Positions 1 to 9,951 of a stretch of DNA of 32,897 bases are shown here, piece after piece. Numbering within the stretch: position 1 is the first letter of the stretch; each line of letters starts with the position of its first letter. The DNA is from Sphingobacteriales bacterium (GTDB lineage: Bacteria > Bacteroidota > Bacteroidia > Chitinophagales > JADIYW01): contig JANNVS010000197.1 of assembly GCA_031414515.1 (NCBI GenBank), positions 1 through 32,897 of the forward strand. The letters are read 5' to 3'. The notes below the pieces were generated by a model, which saw only the letters and a program-made list of their open reading frames with translations, made no database searches and was not told the origin of the DNA. The translations under genes were made by a program, and so were the position numbers.

Positions 1-1268
1 TGGAGGAAAAGCTTAATTTAATGAAACCAGATATTGTTGGGATAACCAGTTTTACTGTATCATTAATAGATGTTGTATTATCAGCTCAAGTGGTTAGAAA
101 GGTAGTTCCTGATGCACATATTTGTTTAGGTGGACATCATCCAACGGCATTTTCCTATGAAGCTACACAATTATCTCAGTTTGACAGTATTATTGTTGGA
201 GAAGGTGAATATGCTTTTGCAGAACTCATAGATAAAATTGCCCACAATATTGACTTTACGGATATATTAGGTGTTTATACAAAAGAATCTATTTCGCGAT
301 TTGTTGATACAGGTTTTAAGGATAGGCGATTCTTGGCACATATGAATGTTCCACCAGCTTATGTTGAAGAAGTAGATGATATTCCTGTGCCAGACAGAAG
401 TTATATTCAACACATTAATTATAGTAGTATAGTAGGATTAACAGGAAAACTGGCTACTATAATTACGACAAGAGGTTGTCCATATAAATGTACTTTTTGT
501 GATGTTCCGTATAAAAAATACCGTGAACGTGACATAGATTTAGTGATGGATGAAATCGAGGATTGTATTAAACTTGGATATAAAGAATTTCACTTTTACG
601 ACGATTTATTTAATATTACGGCACAAAAAATAATTGATTTTTGCGATGCCTTGGAACGTAGGAATATAGATATTGTTTGGGATTTCAGAGGAAGAGTAAA
701 TGGTGTAACCAAAGAATCACTTGAAAAAGCAAAGAAAGTAGGATTGCGAATGATTTCTTTTGGTGTAGAAACAGGTTCTGATATTGGCATGAAAACATTG
801 AAAAAAGGAACAAATATTGCACAGGTAGAAAGGGTATTTGCCTGGTGTTCGGAATTAGGTATAAAAACCATTGCCAATTATATGATTGGTTTGCCACACG
901 AAAAATCTGTTCAAGATTTAAGAGATAATGTTGATTTTCTGATTCGCTTGAATCCAAATTATGCCCAATTTAATATATTGAGTTTATACCCACACACGCA
1001 AGTACATAAAGATGCAATGAAACTAGGAATAGCAGAAGAAGGAAAATGGGAAAAATTTTCATTAGATCCGTTGCATTATAATTTCAGAGTGGAACATTGG
1101 ACAGAATTTATTCCTGAAAAGAAATTAATAGAATTACAAAGAGAATCCTATCGCAGATTTTACTTCAGACCCAAATATATTTTTAACAGTCTTTTAAAAA
1201 CGACTACTATTCACGAGTTTAAATCCAAGGTAAAAGGTGTTATGAGTCTAATGAATATAGATATCTAA
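1..1268 (+). CDS. Cobalamin (B12)-binding radical SAM protein, 5'-truncated by the window edge
   Basis: TRGCPYKCTFC CxxxCxxC motif; B12-domain motifs PDIVG, GGHH, GEGE; FYDD and GVETG. The frame is open upstream of the ATG at 21 (EEKLNL-M) and the usual N-terminal part of the B12 domain is missing, so the true start is probably outside the window. Confidence 0.9.
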   Translation, partial: EEKLNLMKPDIVGITSFTVSLIDVVLSAQVVRKVVPDAHICLGGHHPTAFSYEATQLSQFDSIIVGEGEYAFAELIDKIAHNIDFTDILGVYTKESISRFVDTGFKDRRFLAHMNVPPAYVEEVDDIPVPDRSYIQHINYSSIVGLTGKLATIITTRGCPYKCTFCDVPYKKYRERDIDLVMDEIEDCIKLGYKEFHFYDDLFNITAQKIIDFCDALERRNIDIVWDFRGRVNGVTKESLEKAKKVGLRMISFGVETGSDIGMKTLKKGTNIAQVERVFAWCSELGIKTIANYMIGLPHEKSVQDLRDNVDFLIRLNPNYAQFNILSLYPHTQVHKDAMKLGIAEEGKWEKFSLDPLHYNFRVEHWTEFIPEKKLIELQRESYRRFYFRPKYIFNSLLKTTTIHEFKSKVKGVMSLMNIDI

Positions 1269-1396
1269 GCATTACTCAATTTGCGTTTTTAGAAAACCAA
1301 AATAGCACAAACATCAACTCTTATTAAACTCTAAATTAATATAGTACCTTATTTAATAATTCATTCTGGTGATTGTAATTTTTTAAAAGATAAAAC

Positions 1397-1404
1397 TATC
1401 TTTG
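1397..1404 (+). promoter_or_regulatory. Bacteroidota-type -7 promoter element (TATCTTTG)
   Basis: Exact TAnnTTTG match 22 bp upstream of the ATG at 1427. Confidence 0.55.
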
Positions 1405-1426
1405 TTAAACGTTCATAAATGAGTCA

Positions 1427-2443
1427 ATGAGTAATAATATCAGTGTTAGCATTATAGGATTTGGATATTGGGGTCCGAATTATGGCAGGATAATTCATTA
1501 TCATAAGAATGCTGATTTACGTATGATATGTGATGTAGATAAAACTCGTTTAAATGCAGCTAAAGAGTTATATCCTTCCGTACAATGTACTGATGATGTC
1601 GAAAGCGTTTTTAGTGATGCATCTACAGATGTTATAATTATTGCAACACCAGTAAATACACATGCAGACTTGGTCAAAATAGCATTGAAAAACAATAAAC
1701 ATGTTTTATGTGAAAAACCAATAGCCGCTACATTATCTGAGATACATGAAATAGAACTTATTTTAAAGAATACAGATAAGAAGTTGATGTGCGCTCACAT
1801 TTATGAGTTTAATCCAATCATCAGATATATAAAAAATTATTTAAAGAATGATGATATTGGCCAGCTACTTTATATGAGTGCTTTCAGAAATGGTTTAGGT
1901 CCAATCCGGAAAGATATAAATGTAATTTATGATTTAGCTACTCATGACATATCTATCATTTTATTTCTAATGGAGAAAATGCCGATAGCAGTATCAGCAG
2001 TCGGTACAAGTTGCTTTAAAAATGGAATTGAAGATGTTGCATTTATACATTTGGAGTTTGCCGAAAAATTATTTGTATCCATTCAGGTTTCCTGGCTGGA
2101 TCCTATTAAAGAAAGAAAATTAAGAATTGTAGGCTCTAAAAAGATGCTACTTTTTAATGATCTTTCCGTTGATGAAAAATTAAAAATCTATAAAACAGGC
2201 GAAAGTTATTTAAATTTTAATGGTGATTTCGGAAGTTTCCAATCTACCATAAAAGATGGTGACATTCTGATTCCTAATATTTTTTTTGAAGAACCATTAG
2301 TTGTTCAATTTAATCACTTCATGGATTGTATTGCAAATAATCAACAACCAGATACAGATTTAACGAGTGCAAAAAGAGTAGTAAAAATATTGGAAGCATT
2401 GAATCATTCTTTAAAAAATAACGGTGAAAGAATTAGACTTTAG
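1427..2443 (+). CDS. Gfo/Idh/MocA family NAD(P)-dependent oxidoreductase (probably nucleotide-sugar)
   Basis: GFGYWG Rossmann motif, ATP...H, HVLCEKP, DLATHD, SWLDPIKER. Confidence 0.9.
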   Translation: MSNNISVSIIGFGYWGPNYGRIIHYHKNADLRMICDVDKTRLNAAKELYPSVQCTDDVESVFSDASTDVIIIATPVNTHADLVKIALKNNKHVLCEKPIAATLSEIHEIELILKNTDKKLMCAHIYEFNPIIRYIKNYLKNDDIGQLLYMSAFRNGLGPIRKDINVIYDLATHDISIILFLMEKMPIAVSAVGTSCFKNGIEDVAFIHLEFAEKLFVSIQVSWLDPIKERKLRIVGSKKMLLFNDLSVDEKLKIYKTGESYLNFNGDFGSFQSTIKDGDILIPNIFFEEPLVVQFNHFMDCIANNQQPDTDLTSAKRVVKILEALNHSLKNNGERIRL

Positions 2444-3152
2444 TCATATCTCACTTTCATTAATTATTCCTGTTTATAATGAGGAAAAATCTGTACAGGT
2501 AGCTATAGATTCAAACCTGAAAGCATTAAAAAAATACTTAACGAACTATGAACTTATCATAGTAAATGATGGCTCAGTTGATAACAGCCAATCACTTATT
2601 AATGATTATATTAAAGGAAAAGAGAATTTCATTACTATTGAAAAACAAAAAAATCAAGGAATTGGAAGTGCAATAAGAGTAGGAATAGAAAAAGCAAAAT
2701 ATGATTATGTGTTACCAGTTCCAGTTGATTGTCCATTAGATGATAATACATTATATCTTTTTTTATGCAATTTAGAAAATGTTGATGTATTAGTAGGATA
2801 CAGACCCAAAAGAGTTGGATATTCATTGAGAATGAAACTAAACTCTTACGTATTTCACAAATTAATATCTTGGCTTTTTAAAATAAACTTAAAAGATTAT
2901 AACTGGATTCATTTGTATAAGCGAAAAATATTTTTTGAAGAAGGTATTAAAATTTCGTCAAATGGCATCATGATGTTGGCAGAAGTATTAATCAAATCAT
3001 CCAGAAAAAACAGGTCTCTTAAAGAGATTGAAATTGTACAACGAGAACGACTCACTGGAACAGCTACAGCATCTAAACTTATAACAGTAATAAAAACAAT
3101 CAAAGAAATTGTCTTATTGTATAAAGAGATAAGAAATAAAAGCTTTATATAA
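2424..3152 (+). CDS. GT2 glycosyltransferase, DPM-synthase/polyprenol-P-sugar synthase-like
   Basis: IIPVYNEE, IVNDGSVD, NQGIGSAIRVG, GYR, RxxG; GTG start overlaps the upstream gene by 20 bp. Confidence 0.85.
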   Translation: MKELDFSHISLSLIIPVYNEEKSVQVAIDSNLKALKKYLTNYELIIVNDGSVDNSQSLINDYIKGKENFITIEKQKNQGIGSAIRVGIEKAKYDYVLPVPVDCPLDDNTLYLFLCNLENVDVLVGYRPKRVGYSLRMKLNSYVFHKLISWLFKINLKDYNWIHLYKRKIFFEEGIKISSNGIMMLAEVLIKSSRKNRSLKEIEIVQRERLTGTATASKLITVIKTIKEIVLLYKEIRNKSFI

Positions 3153-3173
3153 AATGAATAACAAAGATTATAT

Positions 3174-4829
3174 ATGGATGGATTAAAAATGATTGTACGA
3201 TTTTATTCTTTGCCTTTCATTATTATACAACTGATAAATTTATTATTTTTCATTTTATTTAATAGCTATTTCGAAGAGTATGAAACCTATATTTCCTCAG
3301 CCATAGAAGGAATTTATACAAAACCAGCTGTCTTGGGTTGGGATTCTGATACTCATTTTTTATTAATTTATATTTATAGCTGGCTCGCAAAAATGACCAA
3401 CGATTATAATATCTATGGTATCATTTTATTTTTTAATAATTGGTGCAGTCTTACTTTTTTAGGATGCATTCTCTATAGAATTCTAAGAATAAATATTTCT
3501 AATAGTAAGTTGTTTATTTTTATTCTTTTGTATAGCATAGTTTGTGTAGATAATATGTTGAACTTAAATAGTGTGCGCATTGCTTTTGTTTATACAGCCG
3601 CTGTCTTAGGTTATATGGAATCCATGCGTTTTGAGAATAAATTCATAAGCAAGAAAAAGTGGTTTTGTTTATCAATGATTGTTATTTATGCAGGATTAAT
3701 TAGGTTTGAATCTGTCCTGATGTTTTCGATAATTTATGTTATTATTCTACTTATACATAAACGATTTTATAAGTTAGCACTAGTTCCAGTCTTTATTAGT
3801 GGAAGCATTTATTTAGGATATAATTTAACTGTAGCAAATTTTTCCAGTGAAGAAAAAAAAGTATTTATTTATAAAGAAAGAGAAATTTTTGATAGATATA
3901 ATATTGACTATAATAAGCTTTCTGCTCTACAAAAATTAGATGTAGATGCAATTATGAATTATTGTATAACAGATAAAGAACACTTTACATTAAGTTTTTA
4001 TGATTCCATCAGTAGAAATCATCCTAAAAATGGATATCTAAATGTGTTTAATGGATTTAATTATGATTCTCTAGGAAATACATGGATGATAACAAAAAAC
4101 AATTTTTATGCTGCACGATTCTTTTTTATTTTCTTCTGGATTTCAGGATTATTTATTTTATTTAAAAAACTTCCAAATAGAAAGCGATATTTCTTAATCT
4201 ATTTGTTTTTAGCTTTATTGCCTCTGCTCTTATGCTTTTATACAGTAGTGCCATTAAGATTCTTAATTCCTTTTCTTTCATTGTCCGGATGTCTGAATGT
4301 GTTTATATTTATTAAATACACTGAAAAAATTAAAACTATTTTATGGTTCTGTTTAATTATTCTGTCATTTATTTTTTCAGATATATATAAAGCTAAAAAA
4401 CAATATGAAGATAAATCAAAAAAGTATAATGATTTTTCAAACAAATTATTATTGCTCGATAAAAACCAGCATTCTTTAAATCCTATTGTTATAAATAGTA
4501 TTTTTCCTGTCAACTATTTTCCGGTAAAACCATTGGAGAAATTAACCAAACAACATGCTGTATTTTTAAATTCCTATCTTTTAAGTGCGGATGATTACCA
4601 GATTCAGACATGGAAAGAACTCTGTCATTGCAATACTTTTTCACTGAAAGAAAGAGTTGATTATATTGTAGCAAACCAGAATTTGTTTTTGATTGATGAT
4701 AAGGCTTTTGATTTTATGAAAGTATATTTTGAAAAAAAGTATCATCTTCATTTACAAAAAACTGTTCTAAAGGATTTTGATAGAGATTTAAAGGTCTGTA
4801 GATTAAGTTATGTTTCAGAAAATAAATAA
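3174..4829 (+). CDS. Polytopic membrane protein, paralog family A copy 1 (putative GT-C-fold glycosyltransferase)
   Basis: About 10-11 hydrophobic segments, acidic first loop (FEEYE), LIRFES and PLRFLIP motifs, soluble C-terminal domain with CHC; alignable with 4882..6543 and 13543..15177. Confidence 0.6.
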   Translation: MDGLKMIVRFYSLPFIIIQLINLLFFILFNSYFEEYETYISSAIEGIYTKPAVLGWDSDTHFLLIYIYSWLAKMTNDYNIYGIILFFNNWCSLTFLGCILYRILRINISNSKLFIFILLYSIVCVDNMLNLNSVRIAFVYTAAVLGYMESMRFENKFISKKKWFCLSMIVIYAGLIRFESVLMFSIIYVIILLIHKRFYKLALVPVFISGSIYLGYNLTVANFSSEEKKVFIYKEREIFDRYNIDYNKLSALQKLDVDAIMNYCITDKEHFTLSFYDSISRNHPKNGYLNVFNGFNYDSLGNTWMITKNNFYAARFFFIFFWISGLFILFKKLPNRKRYFLIYLFLALLPLLLCFYTVVPLRFLIPFLSLSGCLNVFIFIKYTEKIKTILWFCLIILSFIFSDIYKAKKQYEDKSKKYNDFSNKLLLLDKNQHSLNPIVINSIFPVNYFPVKPLEKLTKQHAVFLNSYLLSADDYQIQTWKELCHCNTFSLKERVDYIVANQNLFLIDDKAFDFMKVYFEKKYHLHLQKTVLKDFDRDLKVCRLSYVSENK

Positions 4830-4881
4830 ATAATTTAATGAATTCTTAAATACAGAAAATTAATTTATACACAAGAAAAAG

Positions 4882-6543
4882 ATGAATAGTATAAAGAAAA
4901 TATCGAATTTTTATCTTAAGCCATTAATTGTTATACAGCTATTAAATCTTGTGTTTTTCATTGTATTAGGTTCATATTTGGAAGAATGGGAAGGTTTTTT
5001 TTCTACTGCGATTGAAGGAATTTTTACTAAGCCTGCAACCCGAGGTTGGGACACAGATACTCATTTTTTATTACTTTATATTTATAGCTGGCTTGCTAAT
5101 TTTACCAGTGATTACAATGTTTATGGTTTTATTTTAATATTTAATAATTTATTTAGTCTTACTTTTTTAGGGTGTGTGATATTTAGAATTTTAAGAGTAA
5201 ATCTTTCAAATAGTAGTTTTCTTCTATTTATTGTAATATATAGTATAGTTAGTATTGATAATCTTGTTAATTTAAATAGCACTCGAAATGCTTTTATTTT
5301 AATTACTGCAATCTTGGGTTATATTGAATCCAGACGATATCAAAAATCGTCAATAAAAAAAACAGAATGGTGTTTTTTATCTTTTTTTATTATTTATGCG
5401 GGTCTTATCAGATTCGAATCAGTATTTCTGTTTTCAATAATATACATTACCCTACTTTTTATTCATAAAAAATTTTATAAGTTAGCCCTTATTCCTGTTT
5501 TTATCAGTGGTGGCATACTATTGTTATTTAATTTAACTTCTGCACAATTTTCAAGTGATGAAAAAAAAGTATTGATTTATAAAGAAAGAGAAATTTTCGA
5601 CAGGAATAATGTGGACTATGAGAGACTTTCAATTCTCCAAAAATTAGATGTGGATGCTATTACAGAATATTGTATAACAGATAAAGAACATTTCAACGTT
5701 GGTTTTTATGATTCAATTAGTAGAACTGATTCTGAAAATGGTGTATTTAGTTCTTTAAATGGGTTTACTTACGTCTCTTTTTTAATTACCTATATTACTT
5801 CACTTAAAGATATATATGCAGCTCGATATTTCTTTTATTTTTTTTGGATTTCGGGTTTATTTGTTTTGTTTATAAAGCATCCTGACAGAAAAAAAGCATA
5901 TAATATTCAGTTTCTATTTCTGCTAGTTTTTCCATTTCTCTTATGTTTATACACCACAATACCACTACGGTTTTTAATTCCATTTCTATCTGTTGCAGGC
6001 TGCCTTAATGTGTTCATTTTTTTAAAACATAGTAAAGAAACTAAAGCCATTTTGTGGTGCTCTTCACTTTTGTTTTTGTTGATTTTCTCGTATGAGTTTA
6101 ATCTTAAAAATGAATATGAAGAGAAGGTAAAAAAATATTCTGATTTTACAAATAAATTATTTTTACTAGATCAAAAATATCCAGCTAGTGAGCCCATTGT
6201 CATTAACAGCGTTTTTCCAATTAATTATTTTCCAGTAAAACCATTTGAAAAATTAACCAAACAACATGCCGTTTTTTTAAATTTCTATCTTTTCAGTGCA
6301 GATGATTACCAGATTCAAACATGGAAAGAACTCTGTCATTGTAATACTTTTTCGCTGAAAGAGAGAGTAGATTATGTAGTAGCACATCAGAATTTATTCC
6401 TGATAGATGATGATGCTTATGGTTTTATGGAAAATTATTTTTCTGTAAAGTATCATGTTCAATTAGAAAGAACGATAATAAAAGATTTTGATGAAAATTT
6501 AAGAGCATGTAGATTAAATTATGGTAGAAGTGTAAGTAATTAG
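4882..6543 (+). CDS. Polytopic membrane protein, paralog family A copy 2 (putative GT-C-fold)
   Basis: Tandem paralog of 3174..4829 (DTHFLL.YIYSWLA, YAGLIRFES, IYKEREIFDR, SADDYQIQTWKELCHCNTFSLKERVDY). Confidence 0.6.
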   Translation: MNSIKKISNFYLKPLIVIQLLNLVFFIVLGSYLEEWEGFFSTAIEGIFTKPATRGWDTDTHFLLLYIYSWLANFTSDYNVYGFILIFNNLFSLTFLGCVIFRILRVNLSNSSFLLFIVIYSIVSIDNLVNLNSTRNAFILITAILGYIESRRYQKSSIKKTEWCFLSFFIIYAGLIRFESVFLFSIIYITLLFIHKKFYKLALIPVFISGGILLLFNLTSAQFSSDEKKVLIYKEREIFDRNNVDYERLSILQKLDVDAITEYCITDKEHFNVGFYDSISRTDSENGVFSSLNGFTYVSFLITYITSLKDIYAARYFFYFFWISGLFVLFIKHPDRKKAYNIQFLFLLVFPFLLCLYTTIPLRFLIPFLSVAGCLNVFIFLKHSKETKAILWCSSLLFLLIFSYEFNLKNEYEEKVKKYSDFTNKLFLLDQKYPASEPIVINSVFPINYFPVKPFEKLTKQHAVFLNFYLFSADDYQIQTWKELCHCNTFSLKERVDYVVAHQNLFLIDDDAYGFMENYFSVKYHVQLERTIIKDFDENLRACRLNYGRSVSN

Positions 6544-6578
6544 TATTTTATTTAATGCTTATCATAAAAATAAAATTT

Positions 6579-8192
6579 TCAATTTTCTTCGGCATATATT
6601 TCTAATCTGTTGAATTCAATATTTAGATTTTTATCTTTGGGTACTTTTATTTGCATCTCAATTTTGCTTTTATCTACTTTCAGAAGTGAATCTATATAAG
6701 GTGTTTTGCTGTCTGTTTTATATAAAGCAATCTTAATATCTTTTAATGCATTTTCATATTTTCCTGCCTTCATATATAATCTGCTTCTGCAAAGGTAGTA
6801 TGGCCAAGGATTATTAAACCATATATCAGTACCTAATTTATCAGCTCTATCTAAACATGCCAATGCCTTTTTGGTTTCACCTCTTCCTTCATATTGTAGT
6901 GCCAGCTTGTACAGAAATTCTTCCGATGGATAATATTTAGCATTATTCTCAAACATTGTTATCTGGTTTCTGAAAGTTGGCAGATGTATTTTAAAAAGAA
7001 TAACAAGCAATAAGAAGTAACTAATTATGAAACTGATTTTTAAATTTCTGTTTTTTATTATTGCATCAATAACCAATCCTATGTATAAGATAATACCTAA
7101 CGGTGTGTGATAAAAGTAACGGTTGGAGACCAGCATCGGTAAGTCACCAAAAGGATAAAACATTAAATTCAGCATCGGTAAGATGGTTATTGTATAAAAA
7201 CCTAAAGCAAAAAACAGCGTATTTTGTTTTTTTATGTAATGATAAATCATTAAACCTATCAATATGCAGCTTGAAGCAGACATAATAAAATAATGCATAG
7301 GTAAAGGAAAATTCTCCGAAGGTGCAGGATAAAATACAACCAGTGGAAAAGGAAATAAACTTTTTATCCAGTAAAAAGAATAACTATATCCTGCAAGAAT
7401 GAGGTGTTCAAAATTCGAATAACTGAAATTCCGTATCAGGTAACTTTTGTCATTTGCTAATGTATTCAGATACCAGAAGAGCACTACAAAGGGTAGCATC
7501 GGCAATATATGTCCTGCAATAGTTTTAATCTTAATAGCATCTCTGTTCTCGTGAATATATAAAAGTATAAACACGCCAGGCATCGTAATAGCAGTTGTCT
7601 TTGCTAATGTTGATATTATCCAAAATAACAGAGAAAAAACATATAGCAGTATTTTATTTTTTTTTAATTCTGGACTTAAGTATAGTTTATAACATATCAG
7701 AGATGCCATAAAATAAGTATAAAACAAACCTTGTTTTCTACAGGAAGCCCAGGCAATAGATTCAATATTTATTGGTTGGATAAGAAAAATCATAGCGACT
7801 GCAAAAGCAATCCACCTTCTTTTTATCAATAGATTTATAAAAATAAACAGCAATAACCCGGACGTAATATGTAATAATAGATTATGCAACTTTATCATCA
7901 CCGGATTCATGCCAAACAGAATGTAATCAATAGAATAACTTACATAGGTAATAGGCATATAATGTAAGTCTGTTGTGTCATGAAAAAACAAATAAGTTAA
8001 CCCATTTTTCAATCCATATGCAGAAATCATCTGAATACTTTTATTGCTTATTACTAGCCAGTCATCATCTAATTCATAAAGCCAATCGTATAATAATGCA
8101 GGATAATACAATACAAAAGGTACAGATACCAAGAGCACAAGCATAATAAACAGTTGCTTTTTTTCTTGAATAGTATTATATTTTTGCATCAT
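6579..8192 (-). CDS. TMTC-like GT-C membrane glycosyltransferase with short C-terminal TPR region (family B copy 1)
   Basis: LDDDW loop, Y-x-P-I-T, HNLLLH, PINIESIAW, LAK, P.PL..FY, NRYFY, then TPR-like helices (KLALQY...AL; SRLYMKAGKYENALKD). Confidence 0.75.
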   Translation of the reverse strand: MMQKYNTIQEKKQLFIMLVLLVSVPFVLYYPALLYDWLYELDDDWLVISNKSIQMISAYGLKNGLTYLFFHDTTDLHYMPITYVSYSIDYILFGMNPVMIKLHNLLLHITSGLLLFIFINLLIKRRWIAFAVAMIFLIQPINIESIAWASCRKQGLFYTYFMASLICYKLYLSPELKKNKILLYVFSLLFWIISTLAKTTAITMPGVFILLYIHENRDAIKIKTIAGHILPMLPFVVLFWYLNTLANDKSYLIRNFSYSNFEHLILAGYSYSFYWIKSLFPFPLVVFYPAPSENFPLPMHYFIMSASSCILIGLMIYHYIKKQNTLFFALGFYTITILPMLNLMFYPFGDLPMLVSNRYFYHTPLGIILYIGLVIDAIIKNRNLKISFIISYFLLLVILFKIHLPTFRNQITMFENNAKYYPSEEFLYKLALQYEGRGETKKALACLDRADKLGTDIWFNNPWPYYLCRSRLYMKAGKYENALKDIKIALYKTDSKTPYIDSLLKVDKSKIEMQIKVPKDKNLNIEFNRLEIYAEEN

Positions 8193-8211
8193 AAAAAGAG
8201 TAAGAATTTTT

Positions 8212-8219
8212 CAAAAGTA
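8212..8219 (-). promoter_or_regulatory. Bacteroidota-type -7 promoter element (TACTTTTG on the minus strand)
   Basis: caaaagta on the + strand, about 20 bp upstream of the start at 8192. Confidence 0.5.
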
Positions 8220-8326
8220 GCCAGAATTTATTTAAATTAATAAATTAAACAGGAATGATTTTTTATCACTGAAGGTTCTGTCATTATAAATATGCTGATA
8301 CTGTAATAATATTTTTATAATTGAAT

Positions 8327-9901
8327 TCAAGGCTTCATCGAAGTACTACTTTGAATTAATATTTCTATATTTTTTTTATCCAGGAGCAACACTGAATCAT
8401 CAGCCGGTGTTTTGTACTGCTTTTTTTGCAATGCGGTATTTATATCTTCTAATGCTTTATCATACTTAGCAGATTTTAGGTATAAGTTACTTCTTTTCTG
8501 ATAATAGGACCAAGGATAATTTATCCAGATATCTGTTCCTAATGTGTCTGCCTTATTTAAATTAAGTAGTGCATTTTTTGTTTCTCCTGAATCGTCATAT
8601 ACCATTGCCAGTTTGTATAAAATATCTTCTGACGGATAATATTTTGCAGCATTTTCCAGCATGGTAATCTGGTTTTTCCAAACTGGCAAGTTCACTTTAA
8701 AAAGAACACCTAATAAAACAAAGTATAAACTTGCGATAATAATTTTTTTAGTTCTGTTTCTTACCGTATAATGAACAACTAAGACAATATATAGAAGAAT
8801 GCCTAACGATGTATGATAGAAATACCTGTTGGATACTAACATAGGAAGATCACCTAATGGATAATACATTAAATTCAACATAGGTAATATTGTTAAGGTA
8901 TAAAATCCAAGAGCAAAAAACAATGTATTTTGCCTTTTCAGAAAATGATAAATCATCAGAAGAATTAAAAGGCAACTGCCAGCAAACATAATAAAATAAG
9001 CTATTGGCTGATGTGGCAAATGTTCTGATGGAGCAGGATAGAAATAAACAAGAGGAAATGGAAATAAAGCTTTTACCCAATAAAAACAATAAGTATATCC
9101 CGCAAAAATCAGATGATCAAAATTACTGTAACTAAAATTCCGAACCAAAAAATTTCTTGCATTTGCAATCTCATTTAGGTGTACAAAAAGCAGTAGCAAT
9201 GGCAACATTGGCAATATATGTTTTACCATAGTCTTGCTTCTAAAAGTGTCTCTTTTTTCGTGAATATATAATAACACAAAAACTGCAGGCATAACAATAG
9301 CGGATGCTTTTGCAAGTGTAGATAATATCCAAAATACGATGGACAGAAAATAGAGCCAGTTTTTGTATTTTTTATATCGATTTTCTAGAAATATTTTATA
9401 TACTATTAGAGAAGCTAGGAAATAACAAAAAAACAAAGCTTGTCTTCGACAGGAAGCCCAGGCAATAGATTCAATATTCATTGGATGTATCAGAAATAAT
9501 AAGGCAACTATAAACGCTATCCATCTCTGTTTAACTAACAAATTAATAAACCAGAAAAGTAAAATACCTGAAGTAATATGTAAGAATAAATTATGTGCTT
9601 TTATTGCAGTAGCATTTAATCCAAACAAAATGTAATCTAAAGAGAGACTAAGATAAGTAATAGGATGATAGTGAAAATCTGTAGTATCCATAAAAAACAA
9701 ATAGGCTAAACCCGTTTTCCAACCATATATAGAAATTATTTTTATGCTATTGTTGCTTACAACAATCCAGTCATCATCTAATTCATACAAAAAATCATAA
9801 AATAAGGAAGGCAAGTAGAATACAATAGTTACGAGTACTAAGAATGCAAGCATTATAAACACTTGCTTTTTAGATGGAATAGAATTATTTTTTATAATCA
9901 T
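8327..9901 (-). CDS. TMTC-like GT-C membrane glycosyltransferase with TPR (family B copy 2)
   Basis: ELDDDW, YHPITY, HNLFLH, HPMNIESIAW, NRYFY, WKNQITM, TPR-like C-terminus; tandem paralog of 6579..8192. Confidence 0.75.
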   Translation of the reverse strand: MIIKNNSIPSKKQVFIMLAFLVLVTIVFYLPSLFYDFLYELDDDWIVVSNNSIKIISIYGWKTGLAYLFFMDTTDFHYHPITYLSLSLDYILFGLNATAIKAHNLFLHITSGILLFWFINLLVKQRWIAFIVALLFLIHPMNIESIAWASCRRQALFFCYFLASLIVYKIFLENRYKKYKNWLYFLSIVFWILSTLAKASAIVMPAVFVLLYIHEKRDTFRSKTMVKHILPMLPLLLLFVHLNEIANARNFLVRNFSYSNFDHLIFAGYTYCFYWVKALFPFPLVYFYPAPSEHLPHQPIAYFIMFAGSCLLILLMIYHFLKRQNTLFFALGFYTLTILPMLNLMYYPLGDLPMLVSNRYFYHTSLGILLYIVLVVHYTVRNRTKKIIIASLYFVLLGVLFKVNLPVWKNQITMLENAAKYYPSEDILYKLAMVYDDSGETKNALLNLNKADTLGTDIWINYPWSYYQKRSNLYLKSAKYDKALEDINTALQKKQYKTPADDSVLLLDKKNIEILIQSSTSMKP

Positions 9902-9951
9902 AATTGGATTAAGAATAGTCTAAAAATAGACAGAAATATTTAAATTAGCAT

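Noticed and set aside
7679-7730. Homopolymer A/T runs in coding regions as phase-variation sites
   Set aside because: Such runs are common at this AT content and all reading frames are intact; there is no evidence of slippage.
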